This document shows positions 8,215-15,410 of a DNA stretch of 44,515 bases, in pieces. Each line of letters begins with the position of its first letter. The first letter of the stretch is position 1. A program made the translations under genes and the position numbers. The notes beneath the pieces were generated by a model. It was not told where the DNA came from. It worked only from the letters and a program-made list of their open reading frames with translations, and searched no databases. Source of the stretch: a virus; the IMG/VR virus record IMGVR_UViG_3300013947_000010, one strand, 5' to 3'.

Positions 8215-8612
8215 ACTCGGCGTACTCCCTGCGCCCTTGGCGGGTGGCGGCTATCCCCCGCCGGGGGTACGCCGTCCCGCCGCTTTTCGGCATGGGGTAC
8301 ACCTCCCGCCGCCGTCCCGCCGTGCTATCAATAAAGCCCCGTTTGCCGTGATAGTGCAATCAAAAGCCCCGCAACGGCTTTATTGATAGTGCATTGTACC
8401 GCTATCAATAGAACATACCCCACGGACAGCGGGAACAGCTTGCAAAAGTAAAGCGGGGGCATATACAACCATACCCCCGCACAACGCACCAGAACGCCCA
8501 GAACGGACGCAACGGCGGCGGGAGTATAGCAACATACCCCGCGCAATAAAAGCCCGTACAACGCCGCCCAGGGCGCAAATAAACCCCCGCCGCAATAGCA
8601 ACGGGGATTTAC
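8215..8612. other. GC-rich non-coding structured block (candidate large ncRNA, origin or recombination site)
   Basis: No ORF here has a ribosome-binding site. About three quarters of 8221..8320 is G+C by hand count. The block contains inverted repeat families (GGGGTAC twice, CATACCCC three times, GCAACGG three times), a stem of at least 14 bp (8325..8338 pairing with 8376..8389), a perfect 13-bp long-range helix (8303..8315 with 8512..8524), and hairpins at 8453..8480 and 8518..8542. Confidence 0.5.
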
Positions 8613-8614
8613 TG

Positions 8615-8683
8615 TCATTTATTCATGTTCAGCAATTCAGCCAACACAACCAACGGAAAAAGCAATATACAAATTACAACCAT
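8615..8683 (-). CDS. Small hydrophobic peptide (22 aa, MVVICILLFPLVVLAELLNMNK), paralog of 6631..6738
   Basis: Below the ORF-track cutoff. GGAGGG lies 6 nt upstream of the ATG. It sits immediately upstream of the GC-rich block. Confidence 0.35.
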   Translation of the reverse strand: MVVICILLFPLVVLAELLNMNK

Positions 8684-8696
8684 GCGCCGCCCTCCA

Positions 8697-8966
8697 TTAT
8701 GCGAATGTAAAGCGGCGGCTTTCCGTTGTCCGCGTATATTTCGCGGCTATTTCGGGCGCGTCCTTTTTTAGTGCTGTCGTATCAATGCGGGAGGAAACAA
8801 CCGCTTTATAGCTTGCCTTGTGTTCCGTTCCCGTCAATGTGTCCGTGTTCCGCTCCTGCATGATTGCTTTTAATTCATCTTTCAGCCCGTCAATAATGGC
8901 GGCTGTTTCCTCCTGCAAACGGGTATATTGTGCAAGCTCCCGCATGATAATATCAATATCTTTCAT
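8697..8966 (-). CDS. Hypothetical protein (coiled-coil N-terminus)
   Basis: The best start is ATG at 8966 (MKDIDIIMRELAQY) with GGAGGAG 8 nt upstream. Confidence 0.5.
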   Translation of the reverse strand: MKDIDIIMRELAQYTRLQEETAAIIDGLKDELKAIMQERNTDTLTGTEHKASYKAVVSSRIDTTALKKDAPEIAAKYTRTTESRRFTFA

Positions 8967-8971
8967 TGTGA

Positions 8972-9169
8972 CTACTCCTCCATTGTGCAAAGAAAATCAT
9001 CATCAGAAAAACAAACCCCGGCATAATGTTCAAAGATAATTTCATCGGGTATTTGTTCGGGGCTTGTAAATGCGCCCTCTAAAATATCTTGCGTTTCGTC
9101 CTGCCAAAAGAAATTATTTTTTAATTCCTCTAATTGTTCCCGTGTCAAATCGTGAATATCTTTAAGCAT
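8972..9169 (-). CDS. Hypothetical small acidic protein
   Basis: 65-aa ORF tightly packed within the island operon. Confidence 0.45.
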   Translation of the reverse strand: MLKDIHDLTREQLEELKNNFFWQDETQDILEGAFTSPEQIPDEIIFEHYAGVCFSDDDFLCTMEE

Positions 9170-9184
9170 TCTTAAGTCCTCCCG

Positions 9185-9532
9185 TTAAAATACCGTGTCA
9201 ACAACTGTTAAAACCGTGACCCACAAATCAATATATTGTGTGCTATACCCGGTATAATCGCCCTTGTCAAATTCCGTTTTACCCGTGATAACATATCCAA
9301 CTTGTTTTGCGCCCCCGTCCGGCGTGTCAACAAACATTTCCGACTTGTTTTTAATGGCGTTTCTGGAAATGCTAATATAGTGTTTTTCTTCTACTCGTTC
9401 CCGGTAAATTTCAAGTGCATTTTCCACGCTATCGGCATTTATGCGCATATCTGAAACAATATCGCCGTTAATATACCATTTTTTATTGTTGTATTCTTTC
9501 ATCGTTGCCGTTGTTTTGAAAATGTAATTCAT
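9185..9532 (-). CDS. Hypothetical protein
   Basis: 115-aa ORF in the island operon, separated from the upstream ORF by a 2-nt gap. Confidence 0.5.
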   Translation of the reverse strand: MNYIFKTTATMKEYNNKKWYINGDIVSDMRINADSVENALEIYRERVEEKHYISISRNAIKNKSEMFVDTPDGGAKQVGYVITGKTEFDKGDYTGYSTQYIDLWVTVLTVVDTVF

Positions 9533-9534
9533 AA

Positions 9535-9792
9535 TTAAACCCCCATTCTAATACATTCATCAAGCGGGATTTTATACCCATGTACCCGGAAAAATGCGCT
9601 GTCTTTCCCGTTGGCGGGGTAATAGATTTTGCAACGGTGGAAACGCCGCGCCGCTTTCCCGCCATACCAACAGCCCGAAACGCAATAAACAAAATCGTCT
9701 ATCCCGTATTCAATACCCTTTATCTCAAGCCCATTCAAGCCGCTGTAATATGCAACGCTTTCCCGGCTTTCGCAATACTCCCGTTTATTCAT
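9535..9792 (-). CDS. Hypothetical Cys-rich protein
   Basis: 85-aa ORF that overlaps the upstream ORF by 8 nt. Confidence 0.5.
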   Translation of the reverse strand: MNKREYCESRESVAYYSGLNGLEIKGIEYGIDDFVYCVSGCWYGGKAARRFHRCKIYYPANGKDSAFFRVHGYKIPLDECIRMGV

Positions 9793-10129
9793 GGCGTGTT
9801 ACCTCCTCAATAAATGCCCGTGCAATCTGTTTAAGCTGTTCCCGCTGTTCCTCCCATGTTACCGAACGATTATAGCGGATTTGTTCGGCTTGCTTTTCGT
9901 ACCGCTCCCGCAATTCATAGGACGGGCGAACATTCCCAAACGGGGCGTAACCCGTCACAATGGCAACCCCGCCGCCCATATCGTAAATATCAGCCGCCCA
10001 GCCCTCCCGGCGTTCGGTGTATGCAACCGGGTTTTCATAATTCAAAAGGTTTTGTAAACCGCAATAGGGAACACAAATAATTGTGTTGTAATTCGCCTTG
10101 ATTGCCTTTTGTGTTGTCTTGAATTTCAT
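9785..10129 (-). CDS. Hypothetical protein
   Basis: 114-aa ORF (MKFKTTQKAIKANYNTIICVPYCGLQNLL). AGGAGG-type ribosome-binding site upstream. Confidence 0.5.
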   Translation of the reverse strand: MKFKTTQKAIKANYNTIICVPYCGLQNLLNYENPVAYTERREGWAADIYDMGGGVAIVTGYAPFGNVRPSYELRERYEKQAEQIRYNRSVTWEEQREQLKQIARAFIEEVTRHE

Positions 10130-10142
10130 TTTCTTTACCTCC

Positions 10143-10487
10143 TCAATAATTCGCGGCGCGTCTTGCGTACATTGCTTTTAGACTTTCGGCGGGGGTCATA
10201 TCTGCGGCCATGCTGTAATGGGGCTTTTCCTCCACCGGGAGCGCGTCCCACCACTTTTTACCACCGCCCGAAATGCCGAACATTTCAATAAATGCGTTAA
10301 CATGGCGCATTGTGGTAACGCTGTACCCGCTCCACATTCGGACAAATTCGCCGCTTTTATCAATCTTGCAAACGATAGTATCATAGGACTGCAAAAGCGT
10401 TTCCCCGTCCTTTTCAATAACCTTTGCTTTCCCGTAAAAGGATTTTGCGCGGTCATAGCCGCCCGGCGTCAATTCGTAAATTTTCAT
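10143..10487 (-). CDS. Hypothetical protein, first gene of the island operon
   Basis: 114-aa ORF with TAGGAGGT 7 nt upstream of the ATG. It is the first gene downstream of promoter 10543..10571. Confidence 0.5.
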   Translation of the reverse strand: MKIYELTPGGYDRAKSFYGKAKVIEKDGETLLQSYDTIVCKIDKSGEFVRMWSGYSVTTMRHVNAFIEMFGISGGGKKWWDALPVEEKPHYSMAADMTPAESLKAMYARRAANY

Positions 10488-10542
10488 GTTGTTTACCTCC
10501 TATAATCTGAAACGGATTGTTTTCTTGTCTCTTGACGATTAT

Positions 10543-10571
10543 ATGTTAGCACAATTCGGATTGCTTGTCAA
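10543..10571 (-). promoter_or_regulatory. Sigma-A-type promoter of the island operon
   Basis: The minus strand reads TTGACA, a 17-nt spacer, then TAACAT with a TG extension (TGCTAACAT). Confidence 0.5.
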
Positions 10572-10786
10572 CCCCTTTTCGATAAATTTTCAATCTTTTT
10601 TGTGTTGGCTGTCCATACATATAATATAGAAAAACAACCCGCCGCAATTTCCCCATGTTCCCGCCGTTTTACTCTATTGCGGTAAAGTGTTAAAGTGATA
10701 CCCGCCAAATCCGCACGATTTTGTGAAAAAATCCGCCCCGAAAACCAAGCTGAAATCTCAGCCCAATTCCCGGAGCGGGTCTGCAT

Positions 10787-10902
10787 AGTCGAAAGTCGCA
10801 AAGTCGATAGTCGAAAGTCGTTAGTCGCTGTCAGAGTCGGAGTCGCTTTGAGAGTCGATAAGATACCGAGCTTTGATAGAGTCGGGGTCAATGTCGGAGT
10901 CG
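10787..10902. repeat. Dense array of 11 AGTCG (CGACT on the minus strand) pentamers spanning the terS stop codon
   Basis: On the plus strand AGTCG starts at 10787, 10794, 10802, 10809, 10816, 10823, 10835, 10841, 10853, 10880 and 10898. Five copies lie beyond the stop codon. Two further AAAAGTCGT copies are at 11438 and 11450, just upstream of the terS ribosome-binding site. Confidence 0.7.
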
Positions 10903-11420
10903 TTGTTCGTGTTGGGTGTGAGAACATACTCCGTCTTGTCTTGATAACGGAAATTGTTCTTACCGAGGAAGATACCCGCAACAGGGTTGACCTTGCCGGA
11001 GTTCATGTAGGTTTCCCATTGATTTTCCATCATAAAGTACGCCTTTTTAATGAAGTCCGTCACATCGGGGCGCAGGTTTGGCATATTTCCACGCCCTCCG
11101 AGGGGTGTATCATTCACAACAGCGTGTAGCCATTGTCTCGAATGTCCATTCAACGCAATAGCCATTCCTGCCACAGTAGGCTTCAAATCAGCTTCCGCAT
11201 AAATCCCGAAATACTCCGAGAGTCGCTGTGCAACTTGTTCAACATCGTCCATGTCAATGTTTTTCAGATTGAGGAGCTTAATGCTTATCCCCGTGATTTT
11301 CGCATTGTCACCCGGCTCAAGGTCAAAGCCGTTCATACCAATCACAGGTGAGTTTCCTCCACGGGGTTTCATCTTTGCTTTCTTAATCACCTGTACTTCA
11401 TCGTTTTTCTTATTTGCCAT
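10821..11420 (-). CDS. terS: Terminase small subunit
   Basis: 199-aa ORF with an HTH-like segment (PTVAGMAIALNGHSRQWL) and a motif typical of small terminases (KVNPVAGIFLGKNNFRYQDK). It is the first gene of the late region. The C-terminus is an acidic SDSDSDSD tail. Confidence 0.75.
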   Translation of the reverse strand: MANKKNDEVQVIKKAKMKPRGGNSPVIGMNGFDLEPGDNAKITGISIKLLNLKNIDMDDVEQVAQRLSEYFGIYAEADLKPTVAGMAIALNGHSRQWLHAVVNDTPLGGRGNMPNLRPDVTDFIKKAYFMMENQWETYMNSGKVNPVAGIFLGKNNFRYQDKTEYVLTPNTNNDSDIDPDSIKARYLIDSQSDSDSDSD

Positions 11421-11552
11421 CGGTTTTACCTCCTAAAAGTCGTTTCAAAAGTCGTGTTCCCATGTCCGTTTTGCCCCGTACAGACCCTTGAAAACAGACT
11501 CCTATGATGTAATAGAGTCCTCTCCCCGGAGAACTTCTTATTCTTAATGGAG

Positions 11553-11660
11553 AAGTAGTAAAAGTAGTGGAAAATCGATTTTTCCGGTAACTTTTGCCAG
11601 ATAGGGGGTCTACTGGAGAACTTATACGCAAAAACTGATTTTGAACTACTTTTACTACTT
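11553..11660. repeat. 108-bp near-palindromic element, copy 2 (PAL-2)
   Basis: The 16-bp arms match those of PAL-1 and PAL-3. The central hairpin is CCAGATA-GGGGGTC-TACTGG. The sequences just inside the arms are inverted relative to PAL-1 and PAL-3. Confidence 0.9.
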
Positions 11661-11749
11661 CACTCCATTTTGAGCAAAAGACAATTTTGCAATCTCATTC
11701 GTATTAAATTCCAAATGTCGTTTTTTATAAGTTTTCAACACGAATAAGA

Positions 11750-11917
11750 TTACTTGCGTATTTTATCGTAAATCTCCTCCAAACTCTCTTTCACGACCAT
11801 AAATTCATCTTCCTCAAAGCAGACTTGTGTACCCTTTTCAGAAGTCGAAATGAGCGTGACGAGGGAGGAGTTTACAAGTACCTGTTGACCTCTCATAGTC
11901 GTTAAAAGAATGAACAT
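11750..11917 (-). CDS. Hypothetical small protein (55 aa)
   Basis: Below the ORF-track cutoff. The ATG directly follows the TAA stop of the upstream ORF (TAAATG). The product is MFILLTTMRGQQVLVNSSLVTLISTSEKGTQVCFEEDEFMVVKESLEEIYDKIRK. Confidence 0.4.
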   Translation of the reverse strand: MFILLTTMRGQQVLVNSSLVTLISTSEKGTQVCFEEDEFMVVKESLEEIYDKIRK

Positions 11918-12133
11918 TTAATCAATAATCCTCCGTATCGTTACAATTTCCAGACAGGCGATTTTGCCCTCCTTTCGGTAGAGTTTCATGTACTCCTTGA
12001 ACGAAAGCCCCATAGCGTCAGCGGCAATGTGGAGGGCTTTCTTCTTTGCCATCGGGAGACAGATAGGGACGCTCTCACCCTTGAGGTGGGCGTACCACCT
12101 GTCCGACCCCCGCACTTTTGAGACGATATACAT
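11918..12133 (-). CDS. Hypothetical protein
   Basis: 71-aa ORF in the packed early operon. Confidence 0.45.
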   Translation of the reverse strand: MYIVSKVRGSDRWYAHLKGESVPICLPMAKKKALHIAADAMGLSFKEYMKLYRKEGKIACLEIVTIRRIID

Positions 12134-12145
12134 TACAAACCCTCC

Positions 12146-12508
12146 TCAATTATCCACATTCAGAATGACACAGGGCTTCCAATATGGGTCGTATTCGGCA
12201 ACTTTTTCTTTCACAAGAGCGTCAAACTCCTCGTCCGTGTAGTCACCATCAGCGAGATTGTTCGCAAGGTCTTCTTCAAACTCGTCCCTGTCGGTGTAGC
12301 ACATACAGTCGTTAACCCTTTGAGCGCAGTCGAGAAATTCTCCCTTGTATGCCTTGATGTAACTGCAACTCATATACGAGTAGTCACCTGTATTTGCGCT
12401 CTCACCCGCAAAGACGAGGAGCGGGAGCGTAGGGTTTTCACGAATAAGCTGTCGGAGTTCATCAGCGGAATGGAGTAGTCCGCTCGGTTTACATTCATTC
12501 GGTGTCAT
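12146..12508 (-). CDS. Hypothetical acidic protein
   Basis: The likely start is ATG at 12508 (MTPNECKPSG). It overlaps the upstream ORF by 14 nt. Confidence 0.45.
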   Translation of the reverse strand: MTPNECKPSGLLHSADELRQLIRENPTLPLLVFAGESANTGDYSYMSCSYIKAYKGEFLDCAQRVNDCMCYTDRDEFEEDLANNLADGDYTDEEFDALVKEKVAEYDPYWKPCVILNVDN

Positions 12509-12821
12509 TTTTCGTATGCGCTCCTTTCTTCTCAGCGGCAAAGATTTCCGGGTTATCCTGTATTACCATGTGAAGCACATTGGCAAGCTCGTCCACTTTC
12601 TTTTCGTCATGCTCGGAATAACCCAAATGGTCGAACATTCCATGAACCATTTCATGAAGCAAGTCGGCTTCCATTTTTGCCTGTGCGTTCGGGCAAATGC
12701 GGATAATCAAATCGGTGTAGGAGATTTCCCCTGTATAGCCTACATTTCCGAGGTCGAGCTTTCGGGTGACTTCTACCTCATAGGTTTTCGCACCGATTTT
12801 TACTTTCTTAGGTATGTTCAT
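12495..12821 (-). CDS. Putative zinc metallopeptidase-like protein (HExxH)
   Basis: 108-aa ORF with the motif LLHEMVHGMFDH. It overlaps the upstream ORF by 4 nt. Confidence 0.45.
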   Translation of the reverse strand: MNIPKKVKIGAKTYEVEVTRKLDLGNVGYTGEISYTDLIIRICPNAQAKMEADLLHEMVHGMFDHLGYSEHDEKKVDELANVLHMVIQDNPEIFAAEKKGAHTKNDTE

Positions 12822-13021
12822 TCTAATTTCTCCTTATCGTCCCTCGCACCCACAAGGGCGGCGAGTTCGTTCATAAATTCATTTGCACGGTCGGTGTCGA
12901 TGAAAGAGCCGTACACCGTACAGGTGTTGCCTTTCTCCACGCAGAGACAGGGCTTCTTTCTGTCGGGAAAACGGTATGCACCGATTTTCACACTCCCGTC
13001 AACAGTCAATACTCTCGGCAT
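12818..13021 (-). CDS. Hypothetical protein
   Basis: The start ATG at 13021 overlaps the primase stop codon (TAATG). The product begins MPRVLTVDGSVKIG. Confidence 0.45.
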   Translation of the reverse strand: MPRVLTVDGSVKIGAYRFPDRKKPCLCVEKGNTCTVYGSFIDTDRANEFMNELAALVGARDDKEKLE

Positions 13022-14511
13022 TACACTACCTCCTTGAGTTTTACACCCCAATAGATAACGAACCCGCTCGAAGTCGATTTCCGTTCAAACCATTCGGGGT
13101 GACGCTCCATTTCAGCGTTGAATTTACGAGCAGAGAGGATAAATGCGCCCTCGGATTTCGCCCACAGCTTGTAGGCGTTATAGAGGTCTTTTGCCTTAAT
13201 ATTGGCTTCCTCAGACTGTACACAGCGACTTTCAAGGAACTGCAATACAAGGTCGTTGTCCCGCTCGTAATTCCGCACAACCTGTGTAAGCTCCTCGCTC
13301 ATGACAAGCCCGTGTTCCTTGTATCGGATATACCCACGGACAAGCCACATAAAGATACCGCTCATTGCTTCCATCGTGGTAAGCTCGTCCTTGAGGTGGG
13401 TGTCCTGCTCCTGCGGGGAGAAATGCCTGTTGAACTCGATAACCTTGATACGCTCGGAAGCGAACAGGCTCTTATCCGTCACGAGCGGTAAGTCATTACA
13501 GGAAAGCCAAAGGGTGAATTGTGGCTTAAAGGTGATAGCACTCTGATAGAGCGCACGGGCAGAAATCTCCTCACCGCCCGTAAGCTGTTTGATTTTCTCC
13601 TCGTCCATTTTGCCGTACTCATTACTCTCGGACATGGTAACAAAGCGTTTGCCCTTGAGTCCGGCCATCGTGGGAGAAGCGGCTTCTGCGTCTTTCTGCC
13701 TGTCACCCTTACAAATCATGCCGACAGGCACGACCTTTGAATAGTCACCGAGCATATACTCAATCGTATTGAGAAGCGTACTCTTGCCGTTACGGGTGGT
13801 TTTGCCATGCAAGATGAACATACACTCCTCATTGCTCATGCCGAGCATGGAGTAACCCAAAGCCCGTTGCAGGAAATCAGCCTTGTCGTGATTATTCTCG
13901 GTGACTTCATCAATGAACTTCTCCCACCGTTCACAGCGAATGTCACGGGAAACGGTATGTCGGAAGTTCGTCTGCATGGTGAGGTAATCGTCCCACCGTG
14001 GCTCACGGAAAGTGAAGTCAGAGAGGTCGTATGTACCGTTCAAGCAGTTAATGAGGTAGGGGTTAGCGTCAAACTGTGCGGCGGCAATTCTCAGTTCGCC
14101 CGTAGCGTCCTTTAAGATACGGTCACGCATACGGCGGTCTCCCATAGAGTTTACGAACTTGGTGTACGCCTTGCGGGTATCATCGTCCGTGATTTCTCCG
14201 CAGTAGAGTATCATCAACCGCACGAAGTCTTTGATTTTCTCGGAAACAAGGATTGCGCCCTCGTCCTTGCGCCACGCTCCCTCATGATAAGTGAACCAGC
14301 TTTTGTGTTCAGCGCAGTAACGGGCTTCCTTGTTGTACAGCACACCAAACAGGTTCGCCATACCCATTTCCGACCACTCGAAGCCGCTGGAAGTCTCGTC
14401 CGCTCTTTCGGGGTGGTAGCTCTTAATCATGTACATTTTGTCGGACAAATCCTCGTCCATGATACATCTGCCATTGCTCAGTTCAAAAAGCTCTCTGTCA
14501 ACACTTGCCAT
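13021..14511 (-). CDS. DNA primase/helicase (D5 / phage-plasmid P4 primase C-terminal type)
   Basis: 496-aa ORF with a P-loop (LHGKTTRNGKSTLLN) and the architecture typical of D5_N plus a P4-type NTPase. Confidence 0.85.
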   Translation of the reverse strand: MASVDRELFELSNGRCIMDEDLSDKMYMIKSYHPERADETSSGFEWSEMGMANLFGVLYNKEARYCAEHKSWFTYHEGAWRKDEGAILVSEKIKDFVRLMILYCGEITDDDTRKAYTKFVNSMGDRRMRDRILKDATGELRIAAAQFDANPYLINCLNGTYDLSDFTFREPRWDDYLTMQTNFRHTVSRDIRCERWEKFIDEVTENNHDKADFLQRALGYSMLGMSNEECMFILHGKTTRNGKSTLLNTIEYMLGDYSKVVPVGMICKGDRQKDAEAASPTMAGLKGKRFVTMSESNEYGKMDEEKIKQLTGGEEISARALYQSAITFKPQFTLWLSCNDLPLVTDKSLFASERIKVIEFNRHFSPQEQDTHLKDELTTMEAMSGIFMWLVRGYIRYKEHGLVMSEELTQVVRNYERDNDLVLQFLESRCVQSEEANIKAKDLYNAYKLWAKSEGAFILSARKFNAEMERHPEWFERKSTSSGFVIYWGVKLKEVV

Positions 14512-14515
14512 TTGC

Positions 14516-14713
14516 TCACCCCACTAAGTCCTTGAGGTGGACAATAATGCCGTCACACTTTTCAAGCCTTTCTCCGTTTTTCTTTAACTCAGCGTCCTCG
14601 AAGATGAACAAGTGTCCCTCATGGTCGGTGGCAAGACCACAGCCGTTTGATACAAGGGTCAGCTTGAGCATTGTCAAAACCCTGTTAATTCGCTGTTTGA
14701 CAACCTTATCCAT
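14516..14713 (-). CDS. Hypothetical protein
   Basis: 65-aa ORF in the packed operon. Confidence 0.4.
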   Translation of the reverse strand: MDKVVKQRINRVLTMLKLTLVSNGCGLATDHEGHLFIFEDAELKKNGERLEKCDGIIVHLKDLVG

Positions 14714-14724
14714 AATGTGTCCTC

Positions 14725-15024
14725 CTATGCTTTGTGTATATCTCGGTTTACCCGCTTACGGGTTTCTTCATCGGTCATTTTCTCTGCGCCCTGCATTACG
14801 CCCTCAATGGTGTCATGCAAGAGGGAGAGACGCTTTGCGTCTTCCTCGACCGAGATAGACTTGATGTACTCCGCAATGAGCTTTGCGTCATTGAGCGTCC
14901 AATGTGGCACTCTGCCGCTACCGAACAGACGCTTACCGACAGCGTTTATTGTTGCGGGTGTAAGACCAAGCTCATACGCTATCTCGGCATTGGTGTAGAT
15001 TGTTTCGCCTTTTGCGTTAATCAT
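14725..15024 (-). CDS. HTH-containing protein downstream of the MazF-like toxin (possible antitoxin or regulator)
   Basis: The best start is ATG at 15024 (MINAKGETIY) with GGAGGG 6 nt upstream. It has an HTH-like segment (NAEIAYELGLTPATINAVGKRL) and begins 2 nt after the toxin stop codon. Confidence 0.45.
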   Translation of the reverse strand: MINAKGETIYTNAEIAYELGLTPATINAVGKRLFGSGRVPHWTLNDAKLIAEYIKSISVEEDAKRLSLLHDTIEGVMQGAEKMTDEETRKRVNRDIHKA

Positions 15025-15026
15025 GG

Positions 15027-15368
15027 TTATCCCTCCGTAAGTCCGAAAGAGCAACGCAGAGCGGTATCAATACGGCTCATTTCCTCTTTCGTACAATGTC
15101 TAATGAAACTCTGCAACCTGTCCTTTGCGATTGTCTGAACATTTTCGCAGAGGGCAATAGAGGGGACTTTGCAAAGGACAGGTGCGTGAGTGGGAAGATA
15201 CTTCTTGTCTTTCGAGGTGAGGAAAACGACCTCGACATACGGCGAGTGCCGATTTCCTATATTGTTCGAGATAATAACGGCGGGTCTATTTCCGTGAGGT
15301 CTGCTTTCCACTACCGCCTTGCCCTCCCGCACGAACCAAATATCACCTCGGTAATATCGTCTGTTCAT
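15027..15368 (-). CDS. PemK/MazF-family toxin-like endoribonuclease
   Basis: The best start is ATG at 15368 (MNRRYYRGDIWFV). The motifs GDIWFV...NRPAVIISNN...VVFLTSK...PTH match the MazF/PemK fold signature. Confidence 0.7.
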   Translation of the reverse strand: MNRRYYRGDIWFVREGKAVVESRPHGNRPAVIISNNIGNRHSPYVEVVFLTSKDKKYLPTHAPVLCKVPSIALCENVQTIAKDRLQSFIRHCTKEEMSRIDTALRCSFGLTEG

Positions 15369-15388
15369 AGTGTGTTCTCCGTTCCACA

Positions 15389-15405
15389 CGCCCCATAAAG
15401 GGGCG
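15389..15405 (-). promoter_or_regulatory. GC hairpin downstream of VR2 (DGR target-recognition element)
   Basis: The plus strand reads CGCCCC-ATAAA-GGGGCG, the same hairpin as at 34274..34292. It is part of a 44-nt block that is 43/44 identical downstream of both VRs. Confidence 0.8.
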
Positions 15406-15410
15406 CAGAT

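Larger units (their letters stand above)
6315..10571 (-). mobile_element. Accessory (moron-type) island inserted between terS and terL
   Basis: It has its own promoter (10543..10571) and its own terminator (6257..6303). It carries a serine recombinase, an HTH gene, a lipoprotein, a PH-like protein, six small hypothetical genes and a GC-rich non-coding block. terS and terL are normally adjacent. Confidence 0.45.

Noticed and set aside
8328-8618. 96-aa and 73-aa minus-strand ORFs inside the GC-rich block.
   Set aside because: There is no ribosome-binding site upstream. Their composition is driven by GC-rich repeats (Cys/Gly/Ala/Leu-rich translations), and they overlap hairpins and repeat families. 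They are treated as non-coding.
10568-10981. 137-aa ORF overlapping the terS 3' end and the downstream intergenic region.
   Set aside because: It is out of frame with the well-supported terS gene, runs across a promoter, and gives a Thr/Ser/Arg-rich translation. It is judged spurious.
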